Of a DNA stretch of 32,000 nucleotides, positions 26,116 through 32,000 are shown piece after piece (within the stretch, counting starts at the first letter, position 1; each line of letters opens with the position of its first letter). The notes beneath the pieces are model-generated. The model saw only the letters and a program-made list of their open reading frames with translations, did not search any database and had not been told where the DNA came from. The position numbers were made by a program, and so were the translations under genes. This DNA is from Desulfobulbus propionicus DSM 2032 (GTDB lineage: Bacteria; Desulfobacterota; Desulfobulbia; Desulfobulbales; Desulfobulbaceae): contig NC_014972.1 of the NCBI RefSeq assembly GCF_000186885.1, positions 3,030,001 through 3,062,000 on the forward strand, given 5' to 3'.

Positions 26116-27741
26116 TCAGCCGCAGGGCAGTTGCACCCGTTTGCACGCCCAATCGGCCAGCTGTTCACGAAAAATTTTGGCGTTGTGGCGGATATCGACC
26201 GGAAAGGACCGATGGACGAGAAAGTGCTCGATATTCGCGGTCAAGGGATTGGCCAAGGCCAGTTGCCGCAGTTCAACAAAGAGTTGCTGCTCGTCGGCCA
26301 CTGGCCCCACGGGCTCAACCACGATGACCGGTGTCTGCTCCCCCCAGGGGCCCAGCCCGATCAGGGCCGAGCGGCGCACCCGGGGATGTTCGTTGAAGAT
26401 CGCCTCGCAGCAGATGGTGTAGCGCATCCCCTGGGCCGTGCGCACCCGGTGGGCCTTGCGACCGCAGAACCAGAGGCGGCCCTGCGCATCGAGATAGCCC
26501 ATGTCGCCCATGCGGTGCCAGAAGGTGTCGTTGTCTGCAATCTTGGCCAGCCGCGTTTCCTCCCCATTGCCCGCATAGGCCCGGGTGACCACCGGACCGC
26601 GGACCACGATCTCGCCGATGGTTCCCGGAGGCAGCACGCGCACCTCCGACCATGACTCGATGGGGCCGTCCATGGATTCGATGATCCGCACGTCGATCCC
26701 CGGCAGGGCACGGCCGACACAGGCGCCGTGGCCCATACGGGTCAGGGGCCAGGTCTGGTCGACAATCTCCCGCCCCTCGATCGAGGCCACTGGCAGACTC
26801 TCGGTGGCGCCGTAGGGGGTGAAAATCTGGGCATCAGGCGGCAAAATCCGTTGCATCCGTTCGATTAGTTCCCCAGACACCGGGGCGCCGGCCATCAAGA
26901 CCTTCCGTACCGGCAGGACGATGCCCTGTTCCAGGCAGTGGCGGCTGACCACGTTCCAGATCGCCGGCGAGCCAAAGGAGTAGGTCACCTGATGGGCCTG
27001 CAAGGTGCGGACGAACTTGACCGGATCGACCTGGGCCGGCCGGGTCGGATCCATGTCCGGAATGACCGCTTGGGCGCCGAGGGCAGTGGCAAAGAGGCCA
27101 AAAAGGGGAAAACCCGGCTGATCGACATCGCCGGGACCGATGCCGTAATAATCGCGGATCAGTTGCAGTTGGGTGTGGAAGATGCCGTGGGTATACTCCA
27201 CCCCCTTGGGTGGGCCGGTGGAGCCGGTGGTGAAGATGATGGCCGCTAGGTCATTGTCCTCGGCCGCATGGCGGGGCGGCGAATTGATTGTGGCCGGTAG
27301 CGTGAGCCGCCGAGCCCCCCACAGCATCCCCCTGCCCACCCCCAGCCGCCGACGGACCGAGCCAAAAGGCGCCCGGAAGAGACGACTGAACAGGATCGCC
27401 TTCGAGATCCCGATCAGCACATCCGGCCGGACCGAGCCGATGCAGCGCAGTAAATTTTTATACCCCATGCCCGGATCGATGAGGATGACCACCGCCCCCA
27501 ACTGAAAGAGGGCAAAGGTCAGGCAGACGAATTCCATCGAGGGCCGGACCATCAGCATGACCCGGTCCCCCTGGCGTACCCCTTCGTCATACAGGGCTGT
27601 GGCGTAGCCATCGCTGTTGCGCCCCAGATCGGCAAAGGTCCATTGGCGCCATTGCTTGCCATCCAGGGCCACCAGGGCGGTTTGCTCTCCCAGGGTGGCC
27701 GCAGACTGGTGCAGGGCGGAAGCGATATTGCAATCCCTCAT
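26116..27741 (-). CDS. oleC: OleC: ANL-superfamily adenylating enzyme (beta-lactone synthetase)
   Basis: 541 aa. AMP-binding motifs IIFTTGSTGPPKGV, TPYGATE, HRMGDMGYLD, FCGRKAHRV, and the OleC-typical C-terminus FPVDIRHNAKIFREQLA. Start overlaps the oleB stop (ATGA). Confidence 0.9.
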   Translation of the reverse strand: MRDCNIASALHQSAATLGEQTALVALDGKQWRQWTFADLGRNSDGYATALYDEGVRQGDRVMLMVRPSMEFVCLTFALFQLGAVVILIDPGMGYKNLLRCIGSVRPDVLIGISKAILFSRLFRAPFGSVRRRLGVGRGMLWGARRLTLPATINSPPRHAAEDNDLAAIIFTTGSTGPPKGVEYTHGIFHTQLQLIRDYYGIGPGDVDQPGFPLFGLFATALGAQAVIPDMDPTRPAQVDPVKFVRTLQAHQVTYSFGSPAIWNVVSRHCLEQGIVLPVRKVLMAGAPVSGELIERMQRILPPDAQIFTPYGATESLPVASIEGREIVDQTWPLTRMGHGACVGRALPGIDVRIIESMDGPIESWSEVRVLPPGTIGEIVVRGPVVTRAYAGNGEETRLAKIADNDTFWHRMGDMGYLDAQGRLWFCGRKAHRVRTAQGMRYTICCEAIFNEHPRVRRSALIGLGPWGEQTPVIVVEPVGPVADEQQLFVELRQLALANPLTANIEHFLVHRSFPVDIRHNAKIFREQLADWACKRVQLPCG

Positions 27742-28613
27742 GGCCCCTCCTGGGCGCGGTGGAGGAAGTCCTCGATCAGAGGGCTGATCGCCTCCAGACC
27801 ATCCTCAAGAACATAGTGGCCGGCCTCTAAAAAATAGTGCGCCTCGGCCTGGGGAAAGCGTCGCCGCCACTCCTGGTAAAAGCTGTCGTTGAAACAGAAA
27901 TCACGCCCGCCCCAGCAGAGCATGAGCGGCATGTCCCGCAGCCGCGCCAAAGACTGCTCGACCTCCACCAGGGTCGGCCAGGAGGGATGGTCTGCCTCCA
28001 TGGGGATATCCTCGACAAAGCGGAGCACCGCGATCCGGTTGCGCCAGCTGTCGTAGGGGGCGAGAAACCCCTTGGCCACCTCAGGCCGCAGCCGCTTGCG
28101 CACGGCCATGAACACGGCCGCGCCGGCGAACCCGTTCAGACCGCGCACCAGCAGCGGCCCGATCAGCGGCCAGCGGCAAACAGCGATGCGCAGGGGGATG
28201 CGACGGGAGCAAAAGGCGGCGGTGTTGAGCACCACCGCACCGGCCACCCGCTCGGGATGCCGGCCGGCCCAGCCCATGCCGATGGCTCCGCCCCAGTCGT
28301 GGACCACCAGGGTGCAACGCTCCACCCCGAGATGATCGAGCAGCCGCTCGAGGTTGTCGATATGGGTGCGCAGCCGGTAGGGGTAGGATTGCGGCTTGTC
28401 GGAGAAGCCGCAGCCGATATGGTCGGGCACGATGCACCGGTAACGATCGCGCAGGCCGGACACCAGATTGCGATAGAGATAGGACCAGGAAGGGTTGCCA
28501 TGGACCATGACCACGACCGGCCCCTGGCCCTCGTCGAGATAGGCCAGCCGGTGGCCATCAAGATCGAAAAAACGGGGCTGAAACGGATATTCCGCCAAGG
28601 GTTGGGAATTCAT
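27738..28613 (-). CDS. oleB: OleB: alpha/beta-hydrolase, haloalkane-dehalogenase-like (beta-lactone decarboxylase)
   Basis: True start ATG 28613 (MNSQPLAEYPF...). HGNPSWSYLYR, nucleophile elbow VHDWGG, C-terminal AGHYVLED. The start shares 1 nt with the oleA stop (TAATG). The track's 126-aa N-terminal extension is out-of-frame oleA sequence. Confidence 0.88.
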   Translation of the reverse strand: MNSQPLAEYPFQPRFFDLDGHRLAYLDEGQGPVVVMVHGNPSWSYLYRNLVSGLRDRYRCIVPDHIGCGFSDKPQSYPYRLRTHIDNLERLLDHLGVERCTLVVHDWGGAIGMGWAGRHPERVAGAVVLNTAAFCSRRIPLRIAVCRWPLIGPLLVRGLNGFAGAAVFMAVRKRLRPEVAKGFLAPYDSWRNRIAVLRFVEDIPMEADHPSWPTLVEVEQSLARLRDMPLMLCWGGRDFCFNDSFYQEWRRRFPQAEAHYFLEAGHYVLEDGLEAISPLIEDFLHRAQEGP

Positions 28614-29653
28614 TACCAGTCGATGCCCAGCATGAGCGAATTGATGCCCGAGCCGATGCCCAGGATGGCGGCCCGCTGTCCGGCACCCAAGGCGCCCTGC
28701 TCGATGCCCAAGGCCATGGTAATGGGCGCGGACACCGAACCAACGTTGCCCAACAGGGGCAGGGTCTCGAAATTCTTGGCCGGATCGAGTTCCAGGGTCT
28801 CGAACAGCAGTTGGGCGTGGGCCTTGCCGACCTGATGACAAAAGAAGCGGTCGATGGAACCCTTGTCCCAGCCCAAGGTGGCGTGAAACTGCTGCCAGCA
28901 GGCGGCCGCGGTCTCGATGCCCTTTTCCAGCAGCTGCTCGGAATCGGTGGACATGAGCGTGCCCTGTTCGGCATTCTGCCCGCCCTGGCAAAGATCGTTG
29001 TGGACGGTCTGGGCCCAGCAGGCGCCGCCGTGCAGATAATGGCCGGTATCCCGGTAGTCACGCCGGGTCATCACCAGGGCCACGGCCCCCGAGCCGATGG
29101 TCAGGGAGGCAAAGAGAGGCTTGATCGATTTGCGGGTCAGTCCGGTTTCGGCGAGCAGATGGGCCAGGGTGGATTCGACCAGACCCTCGGCGGTCTCGCC
29201 CGCCACCACCAACCCGGCCTTGACCTGTCCCAATTCCAGCATGTTGGCCAGCATGATCATGCCGTCAAGAAAGCCGAGACAGGCGTTGGAAATGTCAAAC
29301 AGCAAACAGGACGAGGGCAGCCCCAGGCTGCGATGGACAAAGGCGGCGGTGGCCGGCTCCATCATGTCGCGGCTCACCGAGGTAAAGAGCAGACAGCCGA
29401 GATCGGCCACGTCCACCCCGGCCTTGGCCATGGCATCTGCTCCAGCGGCTGCCGCCCCTGCGCTTGGCCGGGTGCCGGGTTGCCACAGACGCCGGGTGTT
29501 GATCCCGGTCATCAGCTCCAGTCGACCGGCCGGCAGCTTCAGCCGCTCATAGAGGGGCTGAAGCCGCTCCTCGATCGCCGCCGAAGACAACTCCACCGGC
29601 GGCAGTTGATAGCCGAAGTCGTGCAAACAGACCTGGGTGTAACGCAAAGTCAT
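28613..29653 (-). CDS. oleA: OleA: thiolase-superfamily (FabH-like) head-to-head acyl-CoA condensing enzyme
   Basis: True start ATG 29653 (MTLRYTQV...). Active-site Cys in DISNACLGF, His in FCHQVG, Asn in LGNVGS. An OleA-type acidic residue sits in SRDMMEPATAA. Leader pattern LQPLYERLKLPAGRLELMTGINTRRLW. Start overlaps the upstream stop (ATGA). Confidence 0.87.
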   Translation of the reverse strand: MTLRYTQVCLHDFGYQLPPVELSSAAIEERLQPLYERLKLPAGRLELMTGINTRRLWQPGTRPSAGAAAAGADAMAKAGVDVADLGCLLFTSVSRDMMEPATAAFVHRSLGLPSSCLLFDISNACLGFLDGMIMLANMLELGQVKAGLVVAGETAEGLVESTLAHLLAETGLTRKSIKPLFASLTIGSGAVALVMTRRDYRDTGHYLHGGACWAQTVHNDLCQGGQNAEQGTLMSTDSEQLLEKGIETAAACWQQFHATLGWDKGSIDRFFCHQVGKAHAQLLFETLELDPAKNFETLPLLGNVGSVSAPITMALGIEQGALGAGQRAAILGIGSGINSLMLGIDW

Positions 29654-29886
29654 TTGGGCACCTTGAAGCTGTTGGCCCAGGCGATCAGCAAGGCGGCCAG
29701 GGCCAGATCGTCCATGACGCCGAGCACCGGCACCCATTCGGGAATGAGATCGTAGGGAGAAACGGTATAGAGCAGGCCAAGAGCGAGCGCGACCTTCACC
29801 CCCAGGGGGGTGGTCGGCGAGAGAAACACATCTTTTGTGTGAAGGAGCATCTGCCACAACCGGGCGAGCATTGGCCACTGCTGCAT
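29650..29886 (-). CDS. DUF1232 (YkvA-like) small membrane protein
   Basis: 78 aa from ATG 29886 (SD GAGGGA 7 nt upstream). The alternative TTG 29901 overlaps the upstream stop. Family signature YDLIPEWVPVLGVMDDLALAALLI, two hydrophobic segments. Confidence 0.75.
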   Translation of the reverse strand: MQQWPMLARLWQMLLHTKDVFLSPTTPLGVKVALALGLLYTVSPYDLIPEWVPVLGVMDDLALAALLIAWANSFKVPK

Positions 29887-29897
29887 GGCGTCGTCCC

Positions 29898-30698
29898 TCA
29901 ACCCATCGCCCTGGCGACGATGGCGGCATCAAAGTAGTTCATGCCCATGCCAGCGTCGACCACCAGGCACTGGCCGGTCATGCCCGAGGACCGAGGCGAG
30001 AGGAGAAAGGCGGCCACATTGGCGGCCTCGTCGGTCTGCACTGCCCGCTTGCGCAGGGTGGCCTGTTCGGCAAAGAGATAGCTGTCGATGTAGCCAGGAA
30101 TGCCGGCCGAGGCCGAGGTCTTGAGCAGGCCGGGGCAGACGGCGTTGAAGCGGACCTCGGAGAAGGCGGAAAAGCTTTTGGCCAGGAAGCAGAGCGACGA
30201 TTCGAGCGCCGCCTTGACCGGGGCCATGTAGCCGTAATTCTCCGCCGCCATGCGGGTGGTGGAGATGGAAATGGTCACCAGCGAGGCCTGCCGGGCCAGC
30301 AGTTCCTTGAAATGGTTGGCGATGCTGATGAACGAGAAGCAGGAGATATCCATGGCCTGGAGGAAATCGCGCTTCGGCGTCTGATGGAAGGGCCGCATGC
30401 CCTCACTGTAGTTGGCAAAGGCGATGGAGTGGACGATGCCGTCGATGGGTTCGCTGATGTGGCCGGCGATCTCGTCGCGGACCCGGACGATGTTGGCCTC
30501 GTCTTCGACATCGCAGCAGAACACCGGGCTGGTGGGGAAGAGCTTGGCCGCTGCTTCCGCCCGCTGCCCGCTGCGCACCACATGGACCACTGTTGCCCCG
30601 GCCTCGACCAGCACCCGGCCGATGGCGCAGGCCACCGATTTCTTGTTGGCCAGGCCAAAGACCACAATCGTTTTGCCCGCAAGCTGCAAAAAATCCAC
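29898..30698 (-). CDS. FabI-like enoyl-[acyl-carrier-protein] reductase (SDR)
   Basis: 266 aa. The GTG start abuts the upstream TGA. It aligns by eye to FabI: [20 protein letters not shown] (FabI-type Gly-rich loop), SIAFAN, and a Y-x6-K active site in [15 protein letters not shown]. Confidence 0.82.
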   Translation of the reverse strand: MDFLQLAGKTIVVFGLANKKSVACAIGRVLVEAGATVVHVVRSGQRAEAAAKLFPTSPVFCCDVEDEANIVRVRDEIAGHISEPIDGIVHSIAFANYSEGMRPFHQTPKRDFLQAMDISCFSFISIANHFKELLARQASLVTISISTTRMAAENYGYMAPVKAALESSLCFLAKSFSAFSEVRFNAVCPGLLKTSASAGIPGYIDSYLFAEQATLRKRAVQTDEAANVAAFLLSPRSSGMTGQCLVVDAGMGMNYFDAAIVARAMG

Positions 30699-31133
30699 TC
30701 AGCCCCCCTTGCGCGCGCAGGCGAACTCCACCTGCACCGCAGTTTTGCCGCCCACCTTGACCGCACCTTTCATGATCCAGGCCGGCCCCATCCGCTCGAC
30801 TAGGGAGGCGCTAATCTCCAGGGTATCGCCGGGCCGAACCTCGCGTTTGAATTTGGCGCCGAGGATGCGGGTCAGCACCGGCACGCCGTCGCCCTCTTCC
30901 GCCGCGCCGCGCATCCGTTCACCGATCAGCAGGGCCCCAGCCTGAAAGACCGCCTCGCAGAGCAGCACACCGGGCATGAGCGGATAGTCGGGATAATGGC
31001 CGCGAAAGACATCCAGATCTTCGTCCACCTTTTTCTCGGCGCGAATGGTGTCGCCGCTGATCGCCACCACCCGGTCCAGCCAGAGAAAGGGCGGCCGGTG
31101 GGGAATGCGTTCGAGAATGAAGGGATCAATCAT
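30699..31133 (-). CDS. FabZ/FabA-like hot-dog-fold 3-hydroxyacyl thioester dehydratase
   Basis: 144 aa. IPHRPPFLWLDRV and the catalytic His/Glu context FRGHYPDYPLMPGVLLCEAVFQ. Confidence 0.85.
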   Translation of the reverse strand: MIDPFILERIPHRPPFLWLDRVVAISGDTIRAEKKVDEDLDVFRGHYPDYPLMPGVLLCEAVFQAGALLIGERMRGAAEEGDGVPVLTRILGAKFKREVRPGDTLEISASLVERMGPAWIMKGAVKVGGKTAVQVEFACARKGG

Positions 31134-31138
31134 GATGG

Positions 31139-31879
31139 TTACAGCCCGCCGGTGATTTCGAGCACCGCGCCGTTGATGTAGGCGGCACGATCGCTCGCGA
31201 GAAAGAGCACCGCCTCGGCCACTTCGGCCGGGGTGCCGAAACGGTTTGCCGGCACCATCTTCTTGTATTCCTTCACCTGCGCCTCGGGCAGATCAGCGAT
31301 CAGTTCGGTGGCGATGAACCCGGGCGAGACGCCGTTGACCGTGATCTTGCGCTTGGCCACCTCCTTGGAGAGCGATTTCATCAGGCCCACCTGGCCGGCC
31401 TTGGAGGCGGCGTAGTTGGCCTGGCCGGCAAAGCCCAGATGGCCCATGGGCGAGGTGACAAAGACGATGCGGCCATACTTCTGCTTCATCATCAGCGGCA
31501 CCGCGAACTTGGACATGGTGTAGCCGCCGGTGAGGTTGACATCGATCACCCGCCGCCAGTCCTCCTCCTTCATCATCGCCAGGACCGCATCACGGCGGAT
31601 GCCGGCGTTGTTGACCAGGATGTCGAGGGTCTCCCACTCGGCTTCCAGCTCGGCAAAAAAGGCAGCCACGGCCGGGTAGTCGCTGACATCCAGCTGCCTG
31701 AGCCGCAGACGGTCGCCGTATTGCGCACAGTCCAACCGCATGGCCTCGGCTGCCGCTGCATTGCCGCCATAGACCCCGACCACGTTTGCCCCCTGGGCGA
31801 GCAACGCCTCGGTGATGGCCCGGCCAATGCCGCGGGTGGCACCGGTGACGAGAGCTTTTTTCCCTTCAAATTCGAGCAT
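31139..31879 (-). CDS. FabG-like 3-oxoacyl-[ACP]/CoA reductase (classical SDR)
   Basis: 246 aa. TGATRGIGRA, NNAG, Ser in VTSPMG, YAASKAG. First gene of the operon, with AT-rich non-coding DNA upstream (31880-32000). Confidence 0.88.
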   Translation of the reverse strand: MLEFEGKKALVTGATRGIGRAITEALLAQGANVVGVYGGNAAAAEAMRLDCAQYGDRLRLRQLDVSDYPAVAAFFAELEAEWETLDILVNNAGIRRDAVLAMMKEEDWRRVIDVNLTGGYTMSKFAVPLMMKQKYGRIVFVTSPMGHLGFAGQANYAASKAGQVGLMKSLSKEVAKRKITVNGVSPGFIATELIADLPEAQVKEYKKMVPANRFGTPAEVAEAVLFLASDRAAYINGAVLEITGGL

Positions 31880-32000
31880 GGATTTTTTATTACCGTTTTG
31901 CTAATTATTTTAATTTTGAGCTAACACTCCAAAAAAGCGTGATTTCCTATAACCCAAACCCCAAAAAGAGGAACTTTTGACGAGACACTTAATTTTTGCA

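Noticed and set aside
28614-29932. Long N-terminal extensions of the track ORFs 27738..28991 (417 aa) and 28613..29932 (439 aa)
   Set aside because: - The extensions are out-of-frame readings of the upstream genes (Arg/Gly/His-rich).
- Family-typical N-termini begin at ATG 28613 (oleB) and ATG 29653 (oleA).
- Both sit in stop/start overlaps.
27837-30803. Chain of antisense ORFs of more than 300 aa (27837-28835, 28811-29755, 29835-30803) across oleB, oleA and the FabI-like gene
   Set aside because: - They are a consequence of very high GC3, which leaves few stop codons on the opposite strand.
- The translations are Gly/Arg/His/Pro-rich and domain-less.

Overview
This 32-kb chromosomal window is mostly housekeeping genes. 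Background G+C is roughly 50-55% by hand spot counts. I saw no rRNA, tRNA, CRISPR array, transposase or integrase.

Gene order:
- mnmG-lgt (+)
- hup, an orphan NarL/LuxR-type response regulator, a single-ORF endonuclease III-ExoA fusion and a beta-carbonic anhydrase (-)
- a three-gene exopolysaccharide control module: Wzz-like chain-length determinant, ExeA-like ATPase and BY-type tyrosine autokinase (-)
- a divergent PPP-family phosphatase (+)
- efp-epmA (-)
- a translationally coupled yfcE-like/HIT/mutS trio (+)
- a TPR/AMIN/Amidase_3 cell-wall amidase (+)
- the F1Fo genes b'-b-delta-alpha-gamma-beta-epsilon, without the a and c subunit genes (-)
- a visibly GC-richer (about 63-72% in spot counts) 6.9-kb, eight-gene, tightly coupled operon (-): FabG-like, FabZ-like, FabI-like, DUF1232 membrane protein, oleA, oleB, oleC, oleD

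The split atp operon, the PEP-CTERM-style EPS regulators and the ole genes suggest a Desulfobacterota/deltaproteobacterium-like host. That is inference only.

The best candidate for something not yet described is the fusion of the canonical OleABCD head-to-head olefin/beta-lactone pathway with a private ketoreductase-dehydratase-enoylreductase set and a small DUF1232 membrane protein, all on what looks like a compositional island.

Secondary curiosities:
- the Nth-ExoA base-excision-repair fusion
- a His/Ala-rich secreted N-terminal extension on ATP synthase subunit b
- an isolated EPS chain-length/kinase module carrying a C8 tract
- a C10 tract at the lgt/hup convergent junction

All functional calls rest on motif and family recognition by eye. 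No database search was possible.
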